Shown here piece after piece: positions 30,975 to 41,384 of a stretch of 64,000 nt of DNA. Made by a program: the position numbers and the translations under genes. The stretch's first letter is position 1. The number at the start of each line of letters is the position of its first letter. Source of the DNA: Alphaproteobacteria bacterium (GTDB lineage Bacteria; Pseudomonadota; Alphaproteobacteria; Bin95); NCBI GenBank assembly GCA_963422665.1, contig OY730441.1:715411-779410 (forward strand). The letters are read 5' to 3'. Under the pieces are notes generated by a model, which saw only the letters and a program-made list of their open reading frames with translations, was not told the origin of the DNA and searched no databases.

Positions 30975-32249
30975 ATGAAGCATCTGTGGTTCCACCTCAT
31001 GCCCTATACCGAGCTGCCGGACGATTTCCGGGAGCAAAACCCGTCGGTCTGGGTCGATATCCATTCGCGCCTGTTCGATCCCGAGCGGGCGCACTACATG
31101 TACAACGATTTCATGGACGAGATGGAGCATGCGGCCAAGGTCGGCTTCGACGCCGTGTGCTGCAACGAGCACCACTCCAACGGCTACGGGCTGATGCCCT
31201 CGCCCAACCTGATCGCGTCGGCGCTCGCCCGGCGCGCCAACCCCGACACCGCGCTCTGCGTCATGGGCAACAGCCTCGCGCTCTACAACCCGCCGACTCG
31301 CGTGGCGGAAGAGTTCGCGATGATCGACTGCATATCCGGCGGGCGGCTGATCGCCGGCTTCCCGGTCGGCTCGCCGATGGACACCTGCTACGCCTACGGC
31401 CAGAACCCGAGCCTGCTGCGCGAACGCTATCTCGAAGCCCACGACCTGGTGATGCGCGCCTGGACCGAGCCCGACACCTTCGCGTTCAACGGCCGCTTCA
31501 ACCAGCAGCGCTACATCAATATCTGGCCGCGCCCGGTGCAGAAGCCGCATCCGCCGGTCTGGGTTCCCGGCGGCGGCTCGGTCGAGACCTGGCGCTGGTG
31601 CGCCGAGATGGACTATGTGTATTGCTACCTCTCCTATTTCGGCTACAAGGCCGGCCTGCAGACCATGCAGGGCTTCTGGGAGGAGATGAAACGGCTCGGC
31701 AAGGAGCCCAACCCCTACCGCGCCGGCTTCCTGCAATTCGTCGGCGTCGCCGAGACCGAGGCGGAGGCCTACAAGCTCTACCGCGAGCCGGCGGAATATT
31801 TCTACGGGCGGTGCCTGCATATCGATCCGCGCTTCGCCGCCCCGCCGGGCTACGCGACCGAGGCGACCCAGCGCGCCGGCATCCAGAGCCAGGTCGCCAA
31901 TGCCGCGCTGCAAAACCGCAAGGCGCTCCAGGTCAGCAAGTCCGCGCGCGAATTCGACGCCATTCTGGACAATGGCTATGTCATCGTCGGCACGCCGGAC
32001 CAGGTGGCGGAGAAGCTGCGCCATGTGATCCGCGACCTGCGCTTCGGGCAGCTCATGCTGCTGCTGCAATTCGGCAATATGAACAAGCAGTTGGCGAATT
32101 ATAACACCCGGCTCTATGCCGAGCAGGTGATGCCGCAGCTCCGGGATGTCTGGAGCGAGTGGGAGAACCGCTGGTGGCCGACGCCGATGGCGGCCGCGGA
32201 CCGGGCCGCGCCCGACCCCATCGCACACCGCGCCGTGGCGGCGGAATAG
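30975..32249 (+). CDS. LLM-class (luciferase-like) flavin-dependent oxidoreductase
   Basis: 424 aa (MKHLWFHLMPYTELPDDF...). Confidence 0.75.
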   Translation: MKHLWFHLMPYTELPDDFREQNPSVWVDIHSRLFDPERAHYMYNDFMDEMEHAAKVGFDAVCCNEHHSNGYGLMPSPNLIASALARRANPDTALCVMGNSLALYNPPTRVAEEFAMIDCISGGRLIAGFPVGSPMDTCYAYGQNPSLLRERYLEAHDLVMRAWTEPDTFAFNGRFNQQRYINIWPRPVQKPHPPVWVPGGGSVETWRWCAEMDYVYCYLSYFGYKAGLQTMQGFWEEMKRLGKEPNPYRAGFLQFVGVAETEAEAYKLYREPAEYFYGRCLHIDPRFAAPPGYATEATQRAGIQSQVANAALQNRKALQVSKSAREFDAILDNGYVIVGTPDQVAEKLRHVIRDLRFGQLMLLLQFGNMNKQLANYNTRLYAEQVMPQLRDVWSEWENRWWPTPMAAADRAAPDPIAHRAVAAE

Positions 32250-32262
32250 GGGCGGGACTGCT

Positions 32263-33060
32263 ATGGACACGGCTTCCCCGCCCCCCGCCATCGACCATGT
32301 GGATGTCAACGGTAAGCCCTGCCGCGTCTGGCGCAAGGGGACCGGCCGCCCGCTCGCCTTCCTGGCCGGCCATGGCGGCCTGCCCAAATGGCCCGCCGTC
32401 CTCGACCGGCTGGCGGAAAGCCACGAAGTCGTTGCGCCTTCCGTTCCTGGCTATCCGGGTGGCCTCGGGCATACCAGGCTCGACAGCCAACTGGACTGGG
32501 TGCTGGCCGTCCGCGACCTGTTGAACGGCTGCGGCCTCGAGGGCGGCGACACCCTGCTGGCCGGCTCCGGGCCCGGCGCCTCCTTCGCGCTGGAAATCGC
32601 TGCGCTTTGGCCGCACAAGGTGGACAGGCTGGCGTTGATCGCACCCTGGGGCCTCTTCGACGAAGCGGAGCCGATGACCGACCCCTGGGCCCAGCGTTTG
32701 CCGGAATTACCGGGGATGCTCTGCGCCGACCCGGAGAACTGGAACGCGCTCAAGGCGCCGCCCGAAAGCGCGAATTCCATCGAATGGCCGATCGAGCAGA
32801 CCCGCGCGCTGGAGGCTTCTGCGCGGGCCTTTTGGCCGCTCGGCAATAGCGGGCTGGAGAAGCGCCTCGGCCGCGTGCGCGCGCCGACGCTGCTGCTCTG
32901 GGGCGCGGAAGACCGCATCCTGCCGCGCTCCTACGGCGAGCGCATTGCGGCGGAGCTCGGCGGGCCGGCACGGCTGGAGGTCATCGACGGCGCCGGCCAC
33001 CTCGCCGAGCTCGACAAGCCCATAGAGGTGGCGCAGGCCGTCAAAGCCTTCTTCGCCTGA
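32263..33060 (+). CDS. alpha/beta hydrolase
   Basis: It has a GSGPGASFALE nucleophile elbow and a C-terminal His (GAGHLAELDKP). Confidence 0.7.
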   Translation: MDTASPPPAIDHVDVNGKPCRVWRKGTGRPLAFLAGHGGLPKWPAVLDRLAESHEVVAPSVPGYPGGLGHTRLDSQLDWVLAVRDLLNGCGLEGGDTLLAGSGPGASFALEIAALWPHKVDRLALIAPWGLFDEAEPMTDPWAQRLPELPGMLCADPENWNALKAPPESANSIEWPIEQTRALEASARAFWPLGNSGLEKRLGRVRAPTLLLWGAEDRILPRSYGERIAAELGGPARLEVIDGAGHLAELDKPIEVAQAVKAFFA

Positions 33061-33095
33061 TGTCCTTCATTTATGGTGGCAAAGGGTGACAGGGA

Positions 33096-33836
33096 ATGAC
33101 GGATAACGATACCGCAGAGACCGTTTCGGAAGTATTTGCGAACGTACCGACGCGTCGACGTCGTGGGCGTCCCCGTAAGGACTCCCGCAATATCGCCGCG
33201 AAGCCACCCGTGGGGTTTCCCGAGTTTCCGAACAAAGCGTTCGACATTATCTATGCCGACCCACCATGGGACTATAAAGGCCAACTTCAACATGCGGGAT
33301 CAGGAAGCGGTGATTCCGGGGGCGCCATTCGCCACTACTCCACAGTTACTCTGGACGACCTCAAGCAGCTTCCTGTCTGGAGCATCGCAGCAAAAGATTG
33401 CCTGCTCTTCATGTGGGCGACCAACCCGCATCTAGACCAGACCATCGACCTCGGAAAGGCGTGGGGCTTCGCTTGGGCCACAGTCGCCTTTGTATGGGAC
33501 AAACAAAAAGTCAACCCCGGCTTCTACACCCTCAGCCAGTGCGAGCTTTGCCTAGTGTTCAAGAGGGGAAAGATACCGAGGCCGAGAGGAGCCAGAAATA
33601 TTCGGCAACTCGTGAGCGCTAAGCGCGGACAGCACTCCGAAAAGCCATTCCAGGTTCGCGAGCGTATCGAGGAAATGTTTCCCTCTCAGTCGAAGATAGA
33701 ACTGTTTTCTCGTGAAGAGATAGACGGCTGGACAGCATGGGGGTTGGAAGCATATGGCTTGCGAACATTTAGAAAACAGAGAGAATTGGCAATTGAAGGC
33801 TTCGCGTCGTGCGGGGAGGGCAAAACATCATCTTGA
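33096..33836 (+). CDS. MT-A70 family DNA N6-adenine methyltransferase (orphan)
   Basis: It has the IIYADPPWDYK catalytic motif. Local GC is clearly lower (about 50%) than the window average. Confidence 0.8.
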   Translation: MTDNDTAETVSEVFANVPTRRRRGRPRKDSRNIAAKPPVGFPEFPNKAFDIIYADPPWDYKGQLQHAGSGSGDSGGAIRHYSTVTLDDLKQLPVWSIAAKDCLLFMWATNPHLDQTIDLGKAWGFAWATVAFVWDKQKVNPGFYTLSQCELCLVFKRGKIPRPRGARNIRQLVSAKRGQHSEKPFQVRERIEEMFPSQSKIELFSREEIDGWTAWGLEAYGLRTFRKQRELAIEGFASCGEGKTSS

Positions 33837-33843
33837 TGTTATT

Positions 33844-34283
33844 ATGCGGGAATACCTCCGAGAGTCACAGTATACTCCACAAAACAAGCCAAACGACTTG
33901 TCTGGAATATATGGTTTCCTCCCCGATACTGGACTCTCTTACGGCATGCGCCCGGATTATTCAATCAGAAGTCAAGTAACAGACAAGGGTGTATATGTTG
34001 AGATAACGAGGCAAAGAGCAGCGGGAAATGCTCACAAGCGAGCGTACAAATTCATGATGCCTGGTATTAACGATCAGCGCAGCAGATAGCGAAGCAATCA
34101 AGTGATATCATTCCATTCTGGTGGATATTTTCCAACGGCATCGCGTCAAATCGGCGTTATATTCAGGAAATCCGCCACTGGTTCCTTGGCATTGAAGGAC
34201 ATGTTCTTCTGTGGGAGGATATAGAAGATTATACGGCCGTGGTCGATCATTTCGATGAACACATCAGACCCTTACTCGATTGA
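33844..34283 (+). pseudogene. hypothetical protein in the low-GC islet, apparently split by a frameshift near 34090
   Basis: The ORF MREYLRESQYTPQNK...PGINDQRSR* is followed in another frame by an ATG-less open frame (SAQQIAKQSSDIIPFWWIFSNG...HFDEHIRPLLD*). GC is about 45%. No recognisable domain. Confidence 0.25.
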
Positions 34284-34376
34284 CCAGTTAATTCCTGAGG
34301 TCGCGCGATATTATAGTGTGGACCGTTGCCATCGACGGCTACCGGCTCACCAAGCTTAGTACAGAAGGAACCGCTG

Positions 34377-34844
34377 ATGAGCAAAGCAGGCTTCACGGTC
34401 CGGGCGCTCGGCGAGGTCGTGCTGCGGACAGGCCGGCTGGACAAGATGAGGGCGTTCTACCGGGACATGATCGGCCTTGGGGTCATGCGCATCTTCGAGG
34501 ACGGCATGACCTTCTTCCGCCTGGCGCCCGGTTTCGAGGGCCACACGGCCGTGCTGGCGCTGTTCCCGCTCGACCGGGGCGAGGGCTGGAACGGTCACGA
34601 CCGGCCACGCTCCACACTGCATCATTTCGCGCTCGGTATCCCCCATACCGAGCGCCCGGCTGCGCTGGCCGCGCTCGCCGCCCGGGGCCTCGAACCCTGG
34701 ACCGCCTACCACGAATGGGTCGGCTGGCACTCCATCTATGTCCGCGACCCGGACGGCAACACCGTAGAACTCGTCAGCGCCCCGGAGCCGGGATGGGTGG
34801 GACAGGAACCGGAAGCCGATAGCCCCGCGACCGCAATCAGTTGA
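34377..34844 (+). CDS. VOC (glyoxalase/bleomycin-resistance/dioxygenase) family protein
   Basis: 155 aa (MSKAGFTVRALGEVVL...HHFALGI...SIYVRDPDGNTVEL). Confidence 0.7.
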   Translation: MSKAGFTVRALGEVVLRTGRLDKMRAFYRDMIGLGVMRIFEDGMTFFRLAPGFEGHTAVLALFPLDRGEGWNGHDRPRSTLHHFALGIPHTERPAALAALAARGLEPWTAYHEWVGWHSIYVRDPDGNTVELVSAPEPGWVGQEPEADSPATAIS

Positions 34845-34963
34845 GCCTTCGGTTTCCGGGCAAAGCTTTCCGCGACAGGCCGGCCCGCCTACTGTGATTC
34901 GAATTCCAGGCCGCGGACCCTCGCGGCGGACCGAAGCGGCTTCTTCGACAAGTCGGCGCGCAA

Positions 34964-36676
34964 ATGGCTACGAATTTCAACACAAGCAACAGCACTTGGC
35001 GCCAATTGATGGGAAACGGCCTGCTTTACCGGGTGCCACCGTTCCAGCGCGACTATAGCTGGGGCGAGGAGGAATGGGACGACCTCTGGCACGATATTCA
35101 CGAGGTCATGCGCCCCGACGGGGAGCCGGCGCATTATATGGGCTATCTCGTCCTGCAGTCCGAGGACGGCAAGCGGTTCGACATCATTGGCGGGCAACAA
35201 CGCCTGACGACGCTCAGCATTCTCGTGCTGGCCGCCTTGCGTCAATTGCATCTCCTGCTGGACAAGGAGCAGGATACCGAAAACACCCGCATGAGGCTTG
35301 AGAGTCTGCGGCAAGGCTATATCGGCTACCTCGACCCGGTGACTCTGGTCTCCCATCCCAAGCTGAGGTTGAACCGGAACAATGACGATTATTTCCAGAC
35401 ATATCTGGTTCCTCTGGCGTCGCCCTTGCCGAGGCGGGGATTCAGAAGGTCGGAACACGACATGCGCAAGGCGTTCGAGTGGTTCGACCGCCATTTTCGG
35501 GAATATCTGGAGGCGGAAGCCGACCCCGGTTTGGCGGTCGTGCGACTGATCGACGGGATGAGCGACAAACTGCTCTTTACCGTCATTACAGTCACCGACG
35601 AACTGAACGCCTACCGGGTGTTCGAAACGCTGAATGCGCGGGGAGTACGGCTTTCGGCGACGGACCTCCTGAAAAACTACCTGTTCTCGCTTCTGCATCG
35701 CCAGGGCGAGCATGAACGCGAGATCGAAACGCTGGAAGGCCGCTGGAACGGAATCGTAGGAAGGCTCGGGGAGGAGAGCTTTCCCGATTTCCTGCGCGTC
35801 CACTGGATTAGCCGGAGAACGACCGTCCGGTTATCGGACCTTTTCAAGACTGTCCGCGCCCAGGTTCGGGACAGAAAAGATGCATTTTCACTCCTGCAGG
35901 AGCTCGAAGCCGATATCGATGCTTATCTGAATCTGACGCAGCCGGACGGCTCCAACTGGCCTGCCAATTGGAAGCGCCATGCCCGAACACTTCGCATGTT
36001 CAGCGTCCGTCAGCCGTTCCCCTTGCTGCTTGCAGCCCGGCGGGTTCTGGACGGTGGCGACTTCGAGAGGCTGCTACGCTGCGTAGTGGTTATGTCCTTT
36101 CGCTATAATGTCATCGGCGGCCTTCATGGAAACGAGCAGGAGCGGATTTACCATGCAGAGGCCCAAAGGATTTCGAGGGGCGATCATTCCTCGATCCGGG
36201 AGATCATGGCCGGCTTGCGGCCGATTTATCCCGACGACGAACGGTTCCGGCTGAGTTTCGGTGAAAAATCCATCGGTGTTGCGCAGACGCGAAACAAGCG
36301 GGTCGTCCGCTACATTCTGTTCGAATTGGAGCGGCAGGCCTCCGGCAACAGCCTCGACTTCGAGGACAGCCGGATAACCCTGGAACATGTCTGCCCGCTG
36401 AATCTGGAAGACGGCTGGGACCGGTTTGGCGAAGGAGACATGAACGCGCAAACATCGCGCCTCGGCAATGTGGCGTTGCTGGAAGCGGGCCCAAACCGAG
36501 ATGCCGGCAATGCCGGTTACGAGGCGAAGCGGGCGCTGTTCGCGAACAGCCGTTTCCAGACGACCCGGGACATCGCGAGCAAATACACGGAGTGGACGCC
36601 GGAAACGATCGAGTCGCGCCAGAAGGCCATGGCAAGAAGCGCAGCAGCGGTATGGCGTATCGACTTTCCCCGCTGA
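34964..36676 (+). CDS. DUF262 (ParB-like NTPase) + DUF1524 (His-Me/HNH-like) protein, GmrSD-family Type IV restriction / anti-phage nuclease
   Basis: 570 aa. The N-terminal region has RVPPFQRDYSWGEEEWDDLWHDI and the DGQQR-type motif IIGGQQRLTTL. The C-terminal region has ITLEHVCPLN. GC is about 56%, below the window average. Confidence 0.82.
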   Translation: MATNFNTSNSTWRQLMGNGLLYRVPPFQRDYSWGEEEWDDLWHDIHEVMRPDGEPAHYMGYLVLQSEDGKRFDIIGGQQRLTTLSILVLAALRQLHLLLDKEQDTENTRMRLESLRQGYIGYLDPVTLVSHPKLRLNRNNDDYFQTYLVPLASPLPRRGFRRSEHDMRKAFEWFDRHFREYLEAEADPGLAVVRLIDGMSDKLLFTVITVTDELNAYRVFETLNARGVRLSATDLLKNYLFSLLHRQGEHEREIETLEGRWNGIVGRLGEESFPDFLRVHWISRRTTVRLSDLFKTVRAQVRDRKDAFSLLQELEADIDAYLNLTQPDGSNWPANWKRHARTLRMFSVRQPFPLLLAARRVLDGGDFERLLRCVVVMSFRYNVIGGLHGNEQERIYHAEAQRISRGDHSSIREIMAGLRPIYPDDERFRLSFGEKSIGVAQTRNKRVVRYILFELERQASGNSLDFEDSRITLEHVCPLNLEDGWDRFGEGDMNAQTSRLGNVALLEAGPNRDAGNAGYEAKRALFANSRFQTTRDIASKYTEWTPETIESRQKAMARSAAAVWRIDFPR

Positions 36677-36725
36677 AACCGGGCCGCTGCGGTAGTCCTG
36701 CCAGTTTGACCGGAATCTGCGGGCG

Positions 36726-37172
36726 ATGACCGACGCAAAGAACGATAGCCCCTCCAGCGGGAGCCCGCCGCCCGCTGCACACCTGCACCATGTGCATCTG
36801 TTCGCCGCCGACATCGACGCGGCCGTTGCGTGGTGGCGGGAGACGCTCGGGGGTGTCGTCGCGTTCGACGGCAGGTTCGGCGGCGCGCGCAATGTCTTCA
36901 TGGAGGTGGGGCGCGGTCGTCTCCACCTCTACGACCAGCCGCCGCGCGGTGCGCCGGGCGGGGCCGTGCATCATGTCGGGATACAGACCGGCGACCTTCC
37001 CGCACTCCACTGCCGGTTGACGGCGCTCGGCGTGCCGTTCCGCTCCGGCATCCGCGAGTTCGGGTCGTGGCGGTATATCATGTGCGAAGCTCCGGACGGC
37101 GTGCTGCTGGAGCTCTTCCAGATCGACACGGACCGTATGCCCCCCGCCCTCGCCCGCTATTTCGCCCTCTGA
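36726..37172 (+). CDS. VOC family protein
   Basis: 148 aa (HLHHVHLFAADIDAAVAWWRETLGG...). Confidence 0.7.
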   Translation: MTDAKNDSPSSGSPPPAAHLHHVHLFAADIDAAVAWWRETLGGVVAFDGRFGGARNVFMEVGRGRLHLYDQPPRGAPGGAVHHVGIQTGDLPALHCRLTALGVPFRSGIREFGSWRYIMCEAPDGVLLELFQIDTDRMPPALARYFAL

Positions 37173-37193
37173 TGCGCGGGCGGCGCTCGCTCC

Positions 37194-38360
37194 CTACCGC
37201 AGCGGGCTGCCGAACAGGTCGCGGGCGACGATGTGGCGCTGGACCTCGTTCGGGCCCTCGCCGATGCGGCGGATGCGCATTTCGCGGTACCAGCGCTCGA
37301 ACGGCAGGTCCTTGGTGACGCCGTAGCCGCCGTGTATCTGCATCGCCCGGTCCACCACCCGGCCCGAGGCTTCCGTGGCCACGATCTTGGCGAGCGCGGA
37401 ATCGGTGCGGAAAGGCTCGCCGCGCCGCGCCTTGTCAGCGGCCGCCAGCGTGATCCAGAGCGCCTGGCGGATATCGATCTCGTTCTCCACTACCATCCAC
37501 TGGATGCCCTGCCGGTGCGCCAGCTTGTCGCCGAAGGTCTCGCGCAGCCCGGCATACTCGATGGCAAGCTCCTGCGCCTTGACCGCGACCCCGATGCAGG
37601 TTGCGGCATAGGGGATGCGCTGGCGCGACACGCGGTCGTTGGCGATGGCGAAGCCGCCGTTCACCTGGCCCAGCACATTGGCGTGGGGCACCCGCATATC
37701 CTCGAATTGCAGCTCGGTGGCGTAGCGCGCCGCACGCAGCGTGTGGACGATGCGGCGCACATGGAAGCCCGGCGTGTCGGTCTCGACGATGAAGCAGGTG
37801 ACGCCGGCCCGCCCCTTGCCCGGGTCGGTGCGGGCGAAGACGAGGCCGAAATCCGCCCGGTCGGCCCCGGAGATGAACATCTTGGCGCCATCGATGACCC
37901 ATTCCTCGCCGTCGCGCACCGCACGGGTCTGGATGGCGCGGGCGGGGTCGGAGCCGCCCGAGGGCTCCGTCAGGCCGAAGAAGGTTTTCTTCTCGCCGCG
38001 CAGCATCGGATAGAGGAAGCGCTGCTTCTGGTCGTCATTGGCCTCGAACATCTGGGCCAGGCCCGCCCCGCCGAACACGTTGTAGCAGGGCGCGTAGAGG
38101 CCGGCCCGGTGCTGCGACATCTCGATGGCGAGCAGGGTGCGCGTCACGATATCCACGTCCGGGCCGCCGAATTCGGGCGGAATGTCGAGGCCGTAGAGCC
38201 CCATCTCGGCCACCCGGCCTGCAAGCCGCTCATGGTCCTCCGGCGGCAGGCTGTCGGCATCGGGGTCGAGGCCGTCCTCCAGCGGCACGATCTCCTCGCG
38301 GACGAACCGGCGCACCTGGTCCACGATCAGTTTCTGCTCGTCGGTAAGGGACAGGTCCAT
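37194..38360 (-). CDS. acyl-CoA dehydrogenase
   Basis: 388 aa from MDLSLTDEQKLIVDQVRRFV, with C-terminal QIHGGYGVTKDLPFERWYREMRIRRIGEGPNEVQ. Confidence 0.85.
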   Translation of the reverse strand: MDLSLTDEQKLIVDQVRRFVREEIVPLEDGLDPDADSLPPEDHERLAGRVAEMGLYGLDIPPEFGGPDVDIVTRTLLAIEMSQHRAGLYAPCYNVFGGAGLAQMFEANDDQKQRFLYPMLRGEKKTFFGLTEPSGGSDPARAIQTRAVRDGEEWVIDGAKMFISGADRADFGLVFARTDPGKGRAGVTCFIVETDTPGFHVRRIVHTLRAARYATELQFEDMRVPHANVLGQVNGGFAIANDRVSRQRIPYAATCIGVAVKAQELAIEYAGLRETFGDKLAHRQGIQWMVVENEIDIRQALWITLAAADKARRGEPFRTDSALAKIVATEASGRVVDRAMQIHGGYGVTKDLPFERWYREMRIRRIGEGPNEVQRHIVARDLFGSPLR

Positions 38361-38403
38361 AAGTTCCGTGCTTTCCTGGTTCCGAAAATTCCGCCGGGAC
38401 CGG

Positions 38404-38739
38404 TCAGGCCGGGCTGAGGCGTCCGAGGCCCTCGCCGTCCTCCGGCGGGTTCCACGCCGGCAGGCCGCCATGGTCGGCCCGGTGGACCATCATGAGCTCC
38501 AGCCAGCGCGTGCGCGGCTGGTGGTTGACCTCCAGGCGGAAGAACAGGCCCGCGCCGCGTTCCGCCAGTTCGCGCGCCAGTTCGCCGCGCAGGCCGAACA
38601 GCGACCGGGCATCGACCCTGACGATGGCCCGGACCGTCGCGCCGTCGTCGGAGAGCTGATAGACGCCGAGCTGGCTGCTGAGCGCGGCGACGGCGGCCGC
38701 ATCCAGCCGCCGCCACGGCTTGTCCAGACGAACGGCCAT
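38404..38739 (-). CDS. hypothetical protein, operon-embedded between the crotonase and the ACAD
   Basis: 111 aa. It abuts the crotonase stop directly and its frame is clean. No domain recognised. Confidence 0.45.
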   Translation of the reverse strand: MAVRLDKPWRRLDAAAVAALSSQLGVYQLSDDGATVRAIVRVDARSLFGLRGELARELAERGAGLFFRLEVNHQPRTRWLELMMVHRADHGGLPAWNPPEDGEGLGRLSPA

Positions 38740-39495
38740 CTATTCCCCCGTGAAATTCGCCGGGCGCTTCTCCAGCCGCGCCGCGATCCCTTCCCGGGCG
38801 TCGCGGGAAAGGCGCGCAGCCCGCAGCATCCCCAGAAGGTCCTCGTGGGGCGTGGCGTCGCGGAAGGCCATTTGCCGCAGCATGATGGCCTTCATCGCCC
38901 TCATCGCCAGCGGCGCATTGGCGGTGAGACGCGCGGTGACCGCTTCGACCGCCGCTTCGAGCCCGGCGTCGGGGACGACCTTGTGGATCATGCCGAGCGC
39001 GTGTATTCGCGCCGCCGGCAGCGGGTCGCCGAGCAGCAGCATCTCGCGCGCGGCCACAGGCCCGCCCGTCTCCACGATCTTCTTGGCGAGGAACCAGGTC
39101 GGCACCAGACCGATCTGCGCGAGCGACATGCCGAAGCGCGCGCTTTCCGCGGCCACAACCAGGTCGCAATGCAGGGCGAGCTCGTTGCCGCCCGCAATCG
39201 CATCGCCATGCACGACCGCCACCACCGGCATGGGATAATGCTGCACGGCGTCCAGCACCGCCTCGATGGGGCTTTCGGTGTCGAGCGTGCCGGCGCGTTC
39301 GCGCAGGTCCATCCCGGCGCAGAAGACCGGCCCCTCGGCGCGCAGCACGGTCAGCCGCTCCGTCCTGTCCGGCTCGCTCCGGAAGGCGGCGAGCAGGGCG
39401 CCGAGCATCTCGCGGTTGAGCGCGTTGCGTTTCTCCGGGCGGTTCAGGCGCACGGTGCGCACCGGGCCCTCGCGTTCGATCGGGACAATCGTCAT
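38740..39495 (-). CDS. enoyl-CoA hydratase/isomerase (crotonase)
   Basis: 251 aa (VFCAGMDL...HGDAIAGGNELALHCD). Confidence 0.85.
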   Translation of the reverse strand: MTIVPIEREGPVRTVRLNRPEKRNALNREMLGALLAAFRSEPDRTERLTVLRAEGPVFCAGMDLRERAGTLDTESPIEAVLDAVQHYPMPVVAVVHGDAIAGGNELALHCDLVVAAESARFGMSLAQIGLVPTWFLAKKIVETGGPVAAREMLLLGDPLPAARIHALGMIHKVVPDAGLEAAVEAVTARLTANAPLAMRAMKAIMLRQMAFRDATPHEDLLGMLRAARLSRDAREGIAARLEKRPANFTGE

Positions 39496-39594
39496 CGATT
39501 CCTCAAACCGTCATTTTTCCCCCGCGAAAGTCTTGCACGGGCGCGCGCTCTATCCAACCATGCCCGACCTCGAATGGAAGCACAGGGAAACGGC

Positions 39595-40011
39595 ATGAAA
39601 CCTTCGCTTGCGCCCAACCTGAAAAGCGTCCGCCGTTTCGATGTCACGCCGGACCAGACCATCGATTTCATGGGCGAGGACCTGCGCGTCTTCGCCACCC
39701 CGTTCATGCTCGCGCGGATCGAGCAGACCTGCCGCGATATGGTGCTGGCCCATCTCGACGACGGCGAGGACACCGTCGGCGCACGGGTGGAGATCGACCA
39801 TCTGGGGCCGACGCTTGCGGGCATGTGGATCGAGGTCTGCGCCCGCATCGCGTCCCTCGACGGGCAGCGCGTCGAACTGGCGGCCGACATCTGCGATGCG
39901 CTCGGCCAGGTCGGCCGCGCCCGCCACACCCGTTTCGTCATCGACAAGACCCGCCAGCGCGAACGGCTTGCCGCGCGAAGGGCCAAGGCCGAGGCCGCCG
40001 GCGCGCTGTAG
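39595..40011 (+). CDS. hotdog-fold acyl-CoA thioesterase
   Basis: 138 aa. It is divergent from the crotonase-ACAD operon. Confidence 0.6.
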   Translation: MKPSLAPNLKSVRRFDVTPDQTIDFMGEDLRVFATPFMLARIEQTCRDMVLAHLDDGEDTVGARVEIDHLGPTLAGMWIEVCARIASLDGQRVELAADICDALGQVGRARHTRFVIDKTRQRERLAARRAKAEAAGAL

Positions 40012-40044
40012 CGCCGCACCGCGGAAACATCCGGACCGCCGCGG

Positions 40045-40353
40045 TCAGCGGTCGAGCACCGAGTCGAACCCCTCGAAGTGGGGATGGCCGAGATACAGGC
40101 CGCGCCCGGCGCCGGCGCCGGCATGCGCCTTCCGGAACGCTTCGGACCGCGTCCACGCGACGAAGGCGTTGCGGTCGCGCCAGGTCGAGTGGGAGGCATA
40201 CAGCGTATGGTCCTCCTCCTCCGCCCCCTTGAGAAGCCGAAATTCCAGGAACCCGGGCACGCCGTCGAGATGGGAGTCGCGCTCCGACCACAGGCGTTCG
40301 AAGTCCGCTTCGCGCCCGCGCACAATGCGGAACCGGTTCATTGCAATGAACAT
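40045..40353 (-). CDS. antibiotic-biosynthesis-monooxygenase (ABM/Dabb) domain protein
   Basis: [22 protein letters not shown]... Confidence 0.65.
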   Translation of the reverse strand: MFIAMNRFRIVRGREADFERLWSERDSHLDGVPGFLEFRLLKGAEEEDHTLYASHSTWRDRNAFVAWTRSEAFRKAHAGAGAGRGLYLGHPHFEGFDSVLDR

Positions 40354-40573
40354 CGCCTGCCCTTCCTTCCTCGCCGCCATCGGCTGCGGGGCAAGAATAC
40401 CTGCACCCCCCGGCAGGGAAAGAGCGGAACGCCGATGGCGGCCGCCGGAAGCGGGCTTGCGCGAGGGGCGGGTTGGGCATACCGTTTTCCGCCCGCAGCC
40501 GGTTGCGGGCGGACGACCTGACAGCAGCTATCTCGACAAGTCGGCATCTTCGATGCGGACGGCGGTGGACCCC

Positions 40574-40993
40574 ATGAGCGACCTCCTCGACACGGCGCCT
40601 CCCCGAACCGAACTCAGCGACGCCGAATGGCGCAGCCGACTGACTCCCGAGCAATACCTGGTTGCGCGCCGGCACGGCACCGAACGCCCGTTCTCCAACG
40701 AGTATCACGCGACCAAGACGCCCGGTACCTATCGCTGCATATGCTGCGACATCCCGCTGTTCGAGAGCGACACCAAATTCGACAGCGGCACCGGCTGGCC
40801 GTCCTTCACCCGGCCCGCATCGTCCGCCGCTGTGGCGGAAAAGACGGACCGGAGCTGGTTCATGACGCGCACGGAAGTGCTCTGCGCCGGGTGCGACGCG
40901 CATCTGGGCCATGTCTTCCCGGACGGACCGCCGCCGACGGGGCTTCGCTATTGCATGAACTCCGCCGCGCTCCGCCTGGAGCCGAAGGACTAG
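40574..40993 (+). CDS. msrB: peptide-methionine (R)-S-oxide reductase
   Basis: It has two CxxC Zn motifs ([21 protein letters not shown]) and a catalytic RYCMNS. Confidence 0.9.
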   Translation: MSDLLDTAPPRTELSDAEWRSRLTPEQYLVARRHGTERPFSNEYHATKTPGTYRCICCDIPLFESDTKFDSGTGWPSFTRPASSAAVAEKTDRSWFMTRTEVLCAGCDAHLGHVFPDGPPPTGLRYCMNSAALRLEPKD

Positions 40994-41036
40994 CCGCTCC
41001 CCGACCCCGCCCGAACTCAAGGAAAGACGCCGCCCC

Positions 41037-41357
41037 ATGCTCTACGAACTGCGCACCTACAATGCCGCGCCCGGCAAGATCGACGCCCTGAACGCCCGGT
41101 TCCGCGACCATACATGCAGCCTCTTCGCACGGCACGGCATCGGGGTTGCGGGCTTCTGGATCAACCGGGCGGACCCGAACCAGCTCATCTATATCTGCAC
41201 CTTCGAGGACGCGGCGCAGATGGAGAGCGCCTGGGCGGCCTTCCGCGACGACCCCGATTGGCAGGAGGCAAAGGCCGAGAGCGAGCGCGACGGCCCTCTG
41301 GTCAGCTCCATCGAGAGCGTGGTCATGGACCCGACCGACTATTCCGCGATGGCGTGA
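41037..41357 (+). CDS. NIPSNAP family protein
   Basis: MLYELRTYNAAPGKIDALNARF... Confidence 0.7.
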   Translation: MLYELRTYNAAPGKIDALNARFRDHTCSLFARHGIGVAGFWINRADPNQLIYICTFEDAAQMESAWAAFRDDPDWQEAKAESERDGPLVSSIESVVMDPTDYSAMA

Positions 41358-41384
41358 GCGCACGCGCGCGGAGACCATTGCGGA

